Shown here: positions 13,106-26,430 of the stretch, one piece after another
Layout: every line of letters starts with the position of its first letter
How positions within the stretch are numbered: position 1 is the stretch's first letter
NCBI RefSeq assembly: GCF_018350175.1
Contig: NC_058382.1
Span: forward strand, 59,894,001 to 59,958,000
From: Felis catus
Taxonomy: Eukaryota
Length of the DNA stretch: 64,000 bases
Reading direction: 5' to 3'
Notes under the pieces: model-generated
What the model saw: the letters and a program-made list of their open reading frames with translations, nothing else
Database searches by the model: none
What the model was told of the DNA's origin: nothing
Position numbers and translations under genes: made by a program

Positions 13106-14269
13106 AAACAACTTTAAGCGTATGTATATTCACACACACGTACACACAGTGGCTTTGAATAACTGTTGAAATGGACAACCGCACCTCACGAAGACAAAGC
13201 CCCGCCTGGTGACCGCGCGGACGAGGCAGGACAGCACCACTTTCTGACCTGTCCCACAAGTCCGTGTGCCTCCCAGGCACTTGGGTCTATTTGTTGTTGC
13301 ATTAACTGGAAGAAAGTCATGTTTCCCCAGTCTCCCTCCAAATGCCAAAAAAAAAAAAACAAAACCCATCGGAATCCAAACTAACAGACTCGAAATGGAC
13401 CGGACACCAGCATCATGCTTCAGCTTCGTGAAAACTGAGTCCTAGAAGCGCATGATGCCATCAGGACCAGAGAAGACACAAACCACGGGACGTCTTCGGG
13501 AAAAGCAAATTTGTCTCTTTGGTCGCCATATCCTAGCCCCAGAGGGTGCCTGGAGCGTAAAAGATGCCTCATATTTCCTGGGGGAGCAGTCCAGGACCCC
13601 TGAACACCTGCTCAGACGGGCCGGAGTGCAGCCATTATTTAGATGGAGGCTAACACTTTCTGCAGCTCACAGGGACCATCGCGGATATTGCAGGGGCATT
13701 TTCTACAGACCAACCCTTCTCTGTAGCCCACTCCTGCTCGTTAACGCACCAGGCCAGTGAGAACACGGGTGACGTTTATCCAACCACAAGCCATTCTCTG
13801 TTTTAGGAGAGAATGCCTTTGGTCTCACATGCATTTGACTTAGTTACTACTTTGGGAGAAACCATCAAGGAGACATGATGTCACGACTGCCGCATCCTCG
13901 TCACCCTCCCCTACTTCTCCACGGCGCACTCCCGCGGGTGGCGGCGTCCTTAAGGGTCCAGGCGGAGGGGTGTGGACACTCCCTTCTCTCTCCGGGGAAA
14001 CGGAGCAGCTGAAGCCCGCACACAACCAGCCACACGTTCAGCAGGCGCTACAGCCCTTCCCTCTCCCTCACTCGGCTGCATTCTCTTAGAAAAGCCATTT
14101 AAACTCTCCAATTACACACTAAAATAAACCTCACCCCCCAAAACTCCAGAATCTAGAAGAAAAGAAAGAATGGTGTACGTATAAGCTTCCGTTTCTACTC
14201 TCTTAGTCCCAGTTAAAGAGAAGATAAAAAAATATGACTTCCAACATGTTAAATTAGTCTGTAAAGAGT

Positions 14270-14657
14270 TTTGGTTTGTTGTTGTTGTTTTTTTAATTTG
14301 AGAAAGACAGACAGCATGAGCACGGGAAAGAGGGAGAGAGAGGGTGGGAGAAGGGGAGAGGGGAGGCAAGGGTGGGAAAGAGGGGGAGAGGGGGAGGGTG
14401 GCAGAGAGGGGGAGAGGGAGGGAGAAAGGGTGAGAGAGAAGGGGAGAGGGGGAGGCGAGGGTGGGAAAGAGGGGGAGAGAGGGAGGGTGGCAGAGAGGGA
14501 GGGTAGGAGAGAGAGGAGAGGGGAGGGTGTCAGAGAGGGGGAGAGGGGAAGAGGAGGAGACAGGGAGGGAGACCCTGGGTCCCACGACCCTGGGAGCATG
14601 ACCTGAGCCGAAATCAAGGGTCAGATGCTCAACCAACTAAGCCACCCAGGTGCTCCA
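14270..14657 (-). mobile_element. Can-SINE with expanded internal purine tract (14325-14572)
   Basis: Reverse head GCCACCCAGGTGCTCC at ~14641-14656, T-rich tail at ~14270-14298, ~250 nt of G/A-rich sequence between. Confidence 0.85.
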
Positions 14658-14967
14658 GAAGGAAAGTTCTATGTCTCAGAATTCAATGTAGTAGAATTTG
14701 GACTATAAGGAACTTTAGGCAAAAGACCTTACAACCAATTTTCTGTTTCCCGTTGCTGATTCATTGTGAAATTCAGAGAAAACAGCAAACTAACCTTAAC
14801 CACGAGGATATTATTAATCCCTCCTAAGGAAGGCATACGAATCACAACCTGCTGAGCACCCTGGCAAAATAACTGAATTTAAACGTCTCAAAGACTTTCG
14901 CGACCCTAATTCTTCCAGGACATAGTTAGTAACTGTGAGTAAAATGGATAAGAAAATAAACTCCCTA

Positions 14968-15170
14968 GGGGCACCTGGGTGGCTCAGTTCAGAGCCTGGA
15001 GCCTGTTTCAGATTCTGTGTCTCCCTCTCCCTCTGCCCCTCTCCCGTTCATGCTCTGTCTCTCTCTGTCCCAAAAATAAATAAACGTTAAAAAAAATTTT
15101 TTTTTAAATAAATAAAAAATAAACAAAAATTAAAAAATAAAAATAAAATAAAATAATTAAAAAAAAAAAG
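14968..15170 (+). mobile_element. Can-SINE with internal deletion
   Basis: Head GGCTCAGT joined directly to TCAGAGCCTGGAGCC; long A-rich tail. Confidence 0.88.
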
Positions 15171-15629
15171 ACACTCCAAAGAAGCCCGAGCCCGCATCAC
15201 ATGACATGGCATGCATGGGACCGCTCCATCAGAACGTGAGTGCTCCTGGGGTGCAGGAATCCGATGAGCCAGCAGGAATCCGCTGACTTCATTAGCCTTA
15301 GCTGCCTCTGGCTACGACCCATCTGGTCCCCCAAAAACCACCTGAACATTCCTCTTCTCCTGAGGAATCCCTCTCTCTCGCCCCCAGGACTTGGGCCCAC
15401 GGGAGCCTCTTGCTCGAACGGAGGACGTTTCGCCAAGTGGCCGCTACACGCCAAGCACGGCACTAGGCACCTTTGCCTGGATTTCTTCACACGACTTTCA
15501 GGCCGCCTGCAGAAGGCGTCCAGCCCCGTATCGTGAGGGAAGCAGCTCAGGCACGAGTCCAAGTTAGGAACGGCCAGCGAGGACCCTGTGCAGGTCCCGG
15601 CCTCTCCGTGCCGGGCGGCCTGTCACTTA

Positions 15630-15998
<369 letters not shown>

Positions 15999-16482
15999 CT
16001 ACTAGGGCCTAAGATACCAAGATCCCTTGCTGCTCCCAAGTTGTCTTTCTCTTCAAGTCAAGCCTGGTTTTTAAAATGCGTGAAAATTCAGAGTGGAAGA
16101 TGAACAGGTTAAGCCAGACGCACAGGGGTCCTCAGCACGGAGGGAAGGGGAACTCGTGCTTTTCTAACTGTTTATACTCAACTCTGAAATACAGGTCTTT
16201 TTGGCCCGCTCAGAAATGAAAATTAGCTCTACAATTTACGAGCACTTTCCTACCCCACTGGTAGGGGTAGGAAACAACCCTGGAAACGCCTCACGGGCAC
16301 GAACGTCAGCCCGAGTGAGCAGGGTGCCTGTCTAGCTCAAGCAGGCAATACGAGGAGTGACCCTAGAGGTCACTAGAGGGTCCCGGTGGCTGGTCCAGGA
16401 CAAGGTCACGTGCCAGCCCTGTAAGCTCATGAGGCGGGACCGGTGCGTGTTTGATATCGCTGCTTTAAATTAATTTTGCTCA

Positions 16483-16638
<156 letters not shown>

Positions 16639-17021
16639 TCAGTGCACAATCCGGCCACGCAGAGCCCCGCTGAGAGCCCGCCTCCCTTCCCACCAGAGGC
16701 CTTTATCGCCTCCCCGAAATCCCGCGGAAGAGAAGCCCGGCACTCTGAATGGAAGCTAAGGCCCCAGCCCTTAAATGCCACCTCACGGCCACGACGCCAG
16801 TCTCCCAGGACAGCCCTGGACCTGTGTGACTCACGTAGCACTTGGCTAAAGACCATCAGGCAGTGAGAAGTCTAGGAGCTCCCGCCTCAGTGCCCAAATT
16901 TCCAGAGCAGACCTACACTTTAAGGGTCTATGCCCTTGAAAACAATCAAAACCGTCCTAAAAAGTCCAGTATTTGAGCATTTCAATACAGTATCTCCTTC
17001 CACCTAAAAAAATACAAATAA

Positions 17022-17236
17022 GGGGCTCCTGGATGGCTCAGTCCATTAGACGTCCAACTCTTGATTTCGGCTCAGCTCATGATCTCACAGCTTTTCAGTT
17101 TGAGACTCACAATGGGCTCCGTGCTGACAGTGTGGAGCCTGCTTGGGATTCTCTCTCACCCTCTCTCTCTCTGCCCCTGCCCTGTTAGCTCTGTCTCTGT
17201 CTCTCTCTCAAAAACAAATTAAAACATTAAAAAAAT
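17022..17236 (+). mobile_element. Can-SINE
   Basis: Head, core, CT tract and A tail. Confidence 0.9.
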
Positions 17237-17589
17237 TTAAAATGTCAGTAACTTTGTGCTTATATTACACCTGAAAACAAAGGAGCAGCGGTAAGGAATC
17301 TGTAAACACCCCAGACCATCTCGGTAGGAAGTACTGAAGGACAGTGATGGGGGTGAGAGGACAGGGCGAACCATCAGCAGAAAATACTTCTCTCAAAATC
17401 CCCACGAGCGGGGTCCCCGGGGCACGTACTGCAACCTAATTCCGAAGGAGTTCGTCAAGGAAAACAAAGGTTTCAAGGTCAAATAAGTTGGAGAAATGAG
17501 GCAACTCTATCTTCCCTTGGGGATTTACTGTCCACAAAACATTTTAGACGCTGAGAAAGTTTGCAGGAAAGAAACCAGTGTTAAAATAG

Positions 17590-18172
17590 TGCTACTGCTG
17601 TGGCAAACGGCCTCACAATTAACACGAAATCACCGCAGGACCCAGCAACTCCGCCCCTTGGTATGTGCCCAAGAAGACCGAGAACAGGCTCACCCAGACC
17701 CCTGTATGGCGACGTTCATACAGGATCACTCACGACAGCCAAGAGGCGCGAACAATGGCAGAGTCTGTCACAAGCTGACCGGACACACACAATGCTGTGC
17801 CTCCATGTAATCGAACGCTACTGCTCTCCGAAAGGAAAGCAGCTCAGATTCCTACAGCGTGGGTGGGCCTCGAGGACGTCGTGCTAAGTGAGCGAGAGAA
17901 GCCAGACACACAGGGACAGACTGATTGCACTTGTATGAAACATCCAGAACAGGCAAACCAAAAAACCAGAAAGTGGAGGCCACCATGGGCAGAGAGGAGG
18001 GGGACGGGAGTGACTGCTAACAGGTCCAGTGCTCCCATAGGGGGTGATGGAAATTTCCGGAAATGGATTATTGCACAGCACCGTGAACGGAAGTCACCCC
18101 AGTGAGCTGTAGAGCTAAAAATGGTGGAAATGGAAACTTTTACATTAGATATCTTTCACTACGATTTTTTTT
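17590..18172 (+). mobile_element. Old L1M (L1MB-like) 3' end
   Basis: Degraded motifs GACCCAGCAACTCCGCCCCTTGGTATGTGCCCAAGA, GCTAAGTGAG...AGAAGCCAGACACA and GGGAGTGACTGCTAACAGG...GGGGTGATGGAAAT. Confidence 0.8.
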
Positions 18173-18256
18173 TAATCTCAAAAGGAAACCAGTTGTTCCC
18201 AAAGCTCTTTAACGCAGAATCTTTTCTTCACTTAACCTACTACGCTTTTCTGTGGT

Positions 18257-18428
18257 GGGGGCGCCCGGGGGGCTCAGTGGCTGAGCGTCCAATTCTTGAG
18301 CTTGGCCCAGGTCGTGATCTCACGCTTTGTGCGACCGAGGCCCAAGTCAGGCTCTGCGCCGACAGCACGGAGCCTGCTTGAGATTCTAGCTCTCACACCC
18401 TCTCTCTCAAACTTAAAAAAAAAAAAAA
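18257..18428 (+). mobile_element. Can-SINE
   Basis: Head and core with poly(A) tail. Confidence 0.88.
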
Positions 18429-20041
18429 TTTTTCCCTGTGGAAAAGTAACAAGCACCCCCAGGAAAGAGCACCCAGGGCAGGCCCGGAGTGTCACAGGGT
18501 CGCTGGCGCACGCCCCGGGCCGCGTCCGCCTCCTGGGGCCTGCGTCCGGAGCCCCATGGCTCTGAGGGAAAGGAATGTATGGCCCTTCCTTCCCCCTCAA
18601 ACTACAGCACAGCCAACCCCTGCGGGTACACGCGCTCACGAAACTCCGTAGTTTGCACGGTGTTTCCCAGAACACGATGGAGAAGGAGGAGGTGACAAGC
18701 CGCTAGGGTTACCGACCGGAAGACCTCCCATCTCAGCTCCAAGCACCACTCCCTTCTGGCAGAAAGTGTTCCCAGCGGACCAGGGAAGCACTAACATTCC
18801 AAATTATATCCTAACATTAAGCCTGGCTCTTGGGACGACATCACTTGAGGAAAAGTTTGAAAGTGTCAGCAAAAGGGGGACGAAAAATCCATCCACGTTC
18901 AAAGTGGCTTCCCCCTGGGTGCTGTGCACACGAAGCCTTGGACTCCCAGGACTCCTCTGCTTTAACGATTCAAAGGAAAACGCACGTCTACCACACGTGG
19001 AACGTGCCAGTACGCGGGAAAGCAAGCCGGACTCCTAACGTCGTTTCTCACGCGAAGACAGGAACAACCCGCAACCCTGGGGGCTGCTGGGTAGCCGTCT
19101 GCGTCACGCCGTTCTGCTCGGGGCCAGGCGCGCCGTCCCCCCACCTTGGAGGAGCCGAGGACTAAACCCCGTGTCCCAGGCAGGTGGGATCTGAGCGTCA
19201 GAGCCGTCACCTGCGCCTCCCTTCCGGAAGAGCTGGCCCCCAGGCCTCCACTCTCAGGCCGACGACAGCCCTGGTAAAACTCATCTCAATTGCAACCATG
19301 GCGCGAGGAAGGGTAGTTTTGATCCTGACAGAAAGCAAACAAATCATTTCTCAACCAGTCTCAGGTGCTTGTGACGTTAACGCACCTCTCCCCTTCTCTG
19401 AAGAAGGCGGGACCTTTTCTAGGGTCACCTGGCCTTTCCCGGTTCCCAGCTCCACGCAGGCAATGTTTTCCCCCTACTCTGTCGGCAGCGAGCGGAACCC
19501 TAAATCAAATCATAACACAACCCGAATTCGGACGCGAGGGGACAGGGATTGGCACAGAAGAGGAAGAAGTCAGAGGAAAACCAAAGCCTGCTCATCCCGG
19601 CTCATCCGAGAGGTACCTGAAACCCTACGAGACCGGAGTCCCTCACGTAATTCACAAATTCTTTCAAACTGGCGTACACACATTGACGTCCGAAAGTCCC
19701 ACCTGCCGTCAGGAACAAACAGCAACAGAAGATGGATGTGGAGGTCTGTGCCTGTGACACACAGCTTTGAAACGTTTTAAGAACCGGAGAGCTCACTGGG
19801 GTGACACTCTAGTCCACGAGCCGCGACCAGCTGGAGAGCTCTCAAACGGCACGGTCCCACCGAGCAGCTGAGCTGGGGGACCCAGCTTCATGTTGCTTGT
19901 GACAACCGGGCAGAAGAGCCTCAGTCCCGTTCTTCAGAAGAAAAGTCAAAAACCGTCGTGTGGGAGCTTATCCGGAACGGGAATGGGTTTTCATGATGAA
20001 AACATCCCACGTGCCTGGTTATTCATGACAACACGGTGCCA

Positions 20042-20234
20042 CTTTACTTATTTTCTTAAACGTTTATTTTTGAGAGGGCGCAAGCGGGGGAGGGGCAGAG
20101 AGGGAGACAGAGGATCCTGGGTGGACTCCACGAGGACAGCACAGAGCCCGACGCGGGGCTCGAACCCACAAACCGTGAGATCACGACCTGAGCCGAAGCC
20201 AGACACTTAGCAGACGGAGCCACCCTGGCACCCC
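20042..20234 (-). mobile_element. Can-SINE
   Basis: Reverse-complement SINE ending CCACCCTGGCACCCC. Confidence 0.88.
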
Positions 20235-20312
20235 AACATGGCGCCAACTTGAAGTGCTTGTCCAATGTACGCAAACCGTCAGAAGCCAGAACCAAGAGCC
20301 CTGGCTCACTTA

Positions 20313-20405
<93 letters not shown>

Positions 20406-20449
20406 CTAAAGGCAGATAAGCAGTCACACCTGAGACATGCTCTTAAACT

Positions 20450-21083
20450 CCTCTTAATGCTTATTTATTTTGAGAGAGAGAGAGAGAGAGAGAGACAGGG
20501 AGAGAGAGGAGGGGGGAGGGAGAGAGAGGAGGGGGGAGGGAGAGAGAGGAGGGGGGAGGGAGAGAGAGGAGGGGGGAGGGAGAGAGAGGAGGGGGGAGGG
20601 AGAGAGAGGAGGGGGGAGGGAGAGGGAGAGAGGGGGGAGGGAGAGGGAGAGAGGGGGGAGGGAGAGGGAGAGAGGGGGGAGGGAGAGGGAGAGAGGGGGG
20701 AGGGAGAGAGAGGAGGGGGGAGGGAGAGAGAGGAGGGGGGAGGGAGAGAGAGGAAGGGGGAGGGAGAGAGAGGAGGGGGGAGGGAGAGAGAGGAGGGGGG
20801 AGGGAGAGAGGGAGGGGGGAGGGAGAGGGAGAGAGGGAGGGGGGAGGGGGAGGGAGAGAGGGAGAGGGGGAGAGGGGGAGAGGGGGAGGGGGAGGGGGAG
20901 GGGGAGAGGGGGAGAGAGGGAGAGAGGGAGAGGGGGAGAGGGACAGGGAGAGGGAGAGAGGGAGAGGGAGGGGGGGAGGGGCAGAGAGGGAGACACACGG
21001 GGCTCGATCTCACAACTGTGAGATCATGACCTGAGCCTAAATCAAGAGTCGGATGCTCAACCGACTGAGCCCCCCACGCGCCC
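20450..21083 (-). mobile_element. Can-SINE with large internal GA-rich expansion
   Basis: Tail TTATTTATTTTGAGAGAG at ~20460 and head at ~21000-21083, separated by the purine repeat. Confidence 0.88.
20472..20992. repeat. Polypurine/polypyrimidine minisatellite (20-mer AGAGAGAGGAGGGGGGAGGG and variants)
   Basis: Six perfect tandem 20-mers at 20501-20620, then 18-mer and 20-mer variants; almost purely G/A on the + strand. Confidence 0.95.
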
Positions 21084-21182
21084 GTCGGGCCTGGGTCACC
21101 TTTGCCACTGTCTGACCTGACCGGGGGCCAGTCACATCTGAGAATATGAATGTGTTCCTCCCATTTTAAAGACACAGAATCT

Positions 21183-21400
21183 GGGGTGCCTGGGTGGCTC
21201 AGTCGGTTAAGCATCCGACTTCAGCTCAGGTCACGATCTCGCAGTCCATGAGTTCGAGCCCCGCGTCAGGCTCTGGGCTGATGGCTCAGAGCCTGGAGCC
21301 TGCTTCCGATTCTGTGTCTCCCTCTCTCTCTGCCCCTCCCCCATTCATGCTCTGTCTCTCTCTGTGCCCAAAATAAATAAACATTAAAAAAAAAAAATTT
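21183..21400 (+). mobile_element. Can-SINE (SINEC_Fc-like), full length
   Basis: Perfect TSD AAAGACACAGAATCT (21168-21182 / 21401-21415). Confidence 0.95.
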
Positions 21401-22107
21401 AAAGACACAGAATCTGACATTTGCAAAAGTACTCAGAGCTCGACCTTAGAGGCAGTTTTCTCGCAAGTATACTTAGATGCACGCACGCTGCACACGGCAC
21501 CCCACCTCACACCCTCACACCCCGCACACAGGGCCCCCCCTCCATTCAGACCAGCCGGCCCTGACTTCCTGCCAGCACTTTCCACCGCTTCTCAGAAAGC
21601 CAGGCCGGGGCCGCCCGCCAGCACGCTCCGCTGTCTGCACAGCAGGCTCTGAGACTTCCCTCGCTCATTTATTTGTTTCCTCCTCCTTTCCACCAACATA
21701 ATAAAGATAAGCTCCAAGTAAGACCAGTCAGTCTGTTCAGAACGGCGCCTGCACGCAGGGGTTCCCCACCTGCAGCCAATCTGGGTTTATTTTCACAACT
21801 GCAGAAGCAGACTTAGAAGTCAAGGTGCCAACTGACCTGCACAGCCGGGCGGCCCTGGGACCTGGTCTTCCTCCTCCCAGTCCAGAGTCTGCATCCCTGC
21901 ATTCACTAGTGATTGCACACCCCCAGTGTGTCAGGGGAAAGTTACCTTCTGTCCTTGTCTCTTCTTGAAAGCTCACTGTCCTCACCTTGCTTGTGCTGGG
22001 ATCTGAGATGTGTCCCCGCCTCCTTTCATGCTTCCCTCCCTCCCCATCCCACAGCCCTCATCCCGCAATGTAGGCAGATATCCTTCCTGCACTTAAACAC
22101 ACTTCCA

Positions 22108-22340
22108 GGGGCGTGTGGGTGACTCAGTCGGTTAAGCGTCCGACTTCAGCTCAAGTCATGATCTCACGGTTCGTGGGTTCGAATCCCACGTCAGGCTCTG
22201 TGCTCACAGCTCAGAGCCTGGAGCCTGCTTCCGATTCTGTGTCTCCCTCTCTCTCTGCCCCCTGCCCTGCTCACACTGTCTCTGTCTCTCAAAAAGTGAA
22301 TAAGCGTTAACGAAAAAGAAAAATTAAAAAAAAAACAAAA
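22108..22340 (+). mobile_element. Can-SINE, full length
   Basis: TSD AAACACACTTCCA (22095-22107 / 22341-22353). Confidence 0.95.
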
Positions 22341-22499
22341 AAACACACTTCCAGACCATTCTGCCCATTTCCCACCCCACCTGCTCCCTCTAAGCTCCAA
22401 GGGCTTTCTCTCAGCTCCTTTCGTCAGAACGCCATAGTCCTTGGCCTGAACAGCCACCCGCAGCCCTCCGCCTCCCCACCGTGCACCCCTGGGCCCCCA

Positions 22500-22965
22500 G
22501 GAAGCGGCCACTACCTGGAACAGAGGGCGCCTTACTATCGAGGCCTTCTTTATACTTTCACCACACAAACATCTCCCTAAGTGACCCACGTTATTCCTCC
22601 ACGCCACTGACGTCGTACTGCGTATTCTCTTGCAACCTGCCGTTCGGCTCAACACCGCCACAGCCTGATAGGCTCCCTTCACTTCCGCCGTGGCAGAGCT
22701 CCGACTCCGTCCGGCGTCTCTACCCACCGTGCTGCTCAACGCCTGGGCCAATCCCAACGTTCTGTCTTCACAAACAATACCCCTGGCGCCACGTTTGTGC
22801 CCGTCTTCGTGCAGCTGGGGAGTTTTTCCACGGCAAGCCTGCCGGTGTGTAACTGCACGTGGCACCTTCCAATTTTCTCCGCGGGGACAAATTAGGATTC
22901 AGAGGGGTTCTACCAATTCTCACCCTCACGCGGCCCACGAAAACACCCATTATCCTGCCACTTTA
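22500..22965 (-). mobile_element. Old L1ME-like 3' fragment
   Basis: Degraded motifs TACTGCGTATTCTCTTGCAACCTGC...CTCAACA, CACAAACAATAC and GGTTCTACCAATT. Confidence 0.55.
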
Positions 22966-23235
22966 TGTGAGCAGTGGCCTAAAGGCTACAACCCTAACGC
23001 AAAACCGCTGTGTTAGCTACGCAAGACAACTGACCCGCTGGAACTTTACAGAGACCTGGGTGGAGGAGGGAGTGTTGGGCGTCACAATCACTTCAGGGCT
23101 CCTGGTCCAATGTCATTCACCTGAGAAATTATCTTCCTGGAGGCGGAAGGGCTTCAATACCGACAGCGTGGAAGGGGGAGGAATCTGCGTGACACCCAAG
23201 TGGAGTGGTCCACCGGGTATGTGAGACACGAGTTC

Positions 23236-23390
23236 TGTGGCAGGCAGAATTCCAAGCTGTCCCCAAGATCCCCCCTGAATCCCCCGCCAGGAAAGGACGG
23301 GACGCACTCTCATGAGGTTACGTTATATGACACAGCTGGCTTTAAGAAAGGGAGGTTATCCTCTGTGGGCCTGACCTAATCAGATGACCA
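23236..23390 (+). mobile_element. MaLR LTR fragment (MLT1E/F-like)
   Basis: TGTGGCAGGCAGAATTCCAAG start; CTTTAAGAAAGGGAGGTTATCCT...GGGCCTGACCTAATCAG. Confidence 0.7.
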
Positions 23391-23529
23391 GCGATCCTGA
23401 AGGTCTGTTGTGAGGATGAGTGGAGGCAACATGCAGAGTCCCAGGCCCGACAGGTTCTCTGCACGGGGGAGCCGCTGCTACCGCCATCTAAGTACTGGGC
23501 GCTGCAGAGAGGTGTGACGATGAGTGAAC

Positions 23530-24050
23530 ACCTGTTAACAGTTACCGAGTGCCCACTACGTGCCAAGCACCGGTCTAAAGATTCCCCCAAAACTAACCGT
23601 CTTTCTGTGCACAACCCTACCCAGGCACACGCGGCCACTAGCCCTACTTCACGCGCGAGAAACTGAGGCACAGACACCAAGCAGGCAGGCCATGCTCCTC
23701 TGAGGTCTTCCGGCTCGTTGTGGCAGAGATGAGATTCAGACCCGGACCTGTGGATGCAGGGCCCAAGGACTTAACCGGTGAAGAGCCTGAGAGCATCAAA
23801 GCCCAATCCCACTGTCTGACAGAGGAGAGAGCAGAGACGTGAATGGCTCGGGAAGAAAAAGGGCCACGTGGTTAAGAGCTCTGGAATGGGAACATCTGGT
23901 CAGATTACAGCCCCGTGCTGCTTCCCAGCTCTGTAACTTGTTCGCTGCTGATTTCCTGTCAGGTGGGCATGCCAAAGCTGCCTGCCTCACTCGGTGGGGA
24001 GGACCGGAGCCCAGGCAGCAGAGCACCTGGCACACGGCAAACTGTCACTA
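23530..24050. mobile_element. Two MIRs, divergent (minus 23530-23776; plus 23867-24050)
   Basis: GAGAAACTGAGGCACAGA (reverse MIR core) and GTGGTTAAGAGC...CCTGGCACACGG (forward MIR). Confidence 0.65.
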
Positions 24051-25030
<980 letters not shown>

Positions 25031-25461
25031 TTTTGCTCCTAACCTCGGACGGACCCTTTTGCGGGTTTAATTATTGCTTCGACTTCCCTCCCCAGGCAAA
25101 TGTTCATACATTTGCAAGGATTTCCAGGGAAGACAGTCCCTCCTCCCGCACGGGGTTAGGTGCTGAGGATCTCGTGCTGAACGAGGAAACGCGTCCTGCC
25201 ATCCGCCGTCCACCGAGTTTCCTCAGATGTCCCGCGATAGAGGACTTGCTGCTTCAGCCGTAGGGGAGGGCTGATGATCCCCCTCCAAGAGCAGTCAGCT
25301 CAGCAAGCCTGAGAAACTGAAACTGCCTGCTAGGAAATTGTGCTCTAGGATTGGACTGAAATACCCGTATAAATGGGAAATTTATTTGTAGGGCATGGGA
25401 TACTATGGCTTGGACAGGGTTCAATGAAAATTCTTACCATTACTTAGAAAATTCCATCTTT

Positions 25462-25587
25462 GGGGCTCCTACGTGGCTCAGTCCATTAAGCATCTGACTC
25501 TTGATTTCTGCTCAGGTCATGCTCTCAGGGTTCATGAGTTCCAGCCCCATGTCTGGCTCTGTGCTGACAGCTCAGAGCCTGCATGGG

Positions 25588-25639
<52 letters not shown>

Positions 25640-25665
25640 CCTCCCCACCTCAAAATAAATAAATT
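25462..25665 (+). mobile_element. Can-SINE with (CT)n
   Basis: Head, core, (CT)~22 and AATAAA tail. Confidence 0.9.
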
Positions 25666-25838
25666 TAGAGAAAAGGAAATGTCGTCTTTTGGGCTCGTGA
25701 TCAAGGAAATAGAGCAAGTTAATGACAAAAGCAAGCAAGTATTTGGCAAAAAGAAAGCATAAGTCAAGAAATGATCTCGTTGCTTATTGTGCAAGTGAAC
25801 TGCCACAGGGATCAGCCTCAAAGAAATTAGCTTGGATC

Positions 25839-26430
25839 TGTGAAAATTAATAAAAGGAAACCTCACTAAAATGGAGTGGGGAGGCTAGACGGGGGAGCCA
25901 CACCACTCAAGGTCAGTTACAGGAAGACTTCTCAATTACAGACCCCGATAGAAGAATCATCAAGAGGAAAGGATCATCAGTTACAGGCCCCATAGGGAAA
26001 GATGTACACTTCCATTTTCTGCGAGAAATAGACCACCCCGGCAACTCAGCCAGTGAGAAGTCATCATCACCCTGGATTCCTGGTTTTCTTCTATGGACTT
26101 TTGTTCAAAACAACCCCTCCCAGCTTCCTCCGCCATAAAATATGGTTTTGCCATAGCTTGTGTGTCCTGAATTGCAATTCCTCTGCCATTGCTGAATAAA
26201 CCCCTTTTTGCTAGTAAAACAACGGGTTTATTATTTTTTTTTTATGTTTATTTTTGAGAGAGAGACCATGAGCCGGGGAGGGGCAGAGAGAGAGGGGGGC
26301 AGAGGACCCAAAGCAGGCCCTGTGCTGACGGTAGCAAGCTCAGTGTGGGGCTTGGAATCGTGAACCGTGAGACCATGACCTGAGCCAAAGTTGGATGCTC
26401 AACCGACTAAGCCACCCAGGTAGATTAACA
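25839..26430 (+). mobile_element. Solo ERV1 LTR (MER34-like) interrupted by a minus-strand Can-SINE (~26229-26420)
   Basis: TG...TTAACA termini, 4-bp TSD GATC (25835-25838 / 26431-26434), AAAATGGAGT 5' motif, AATAAA at 26195. Confidence 0.8.

Noticed and set aside
20501..20620. Regular 20-bp repeats resembling a CRISPR-like array
   Set aside because: Head-to-tail with no unique spacers, in a eukaryotic intron; it is a minisatellite.
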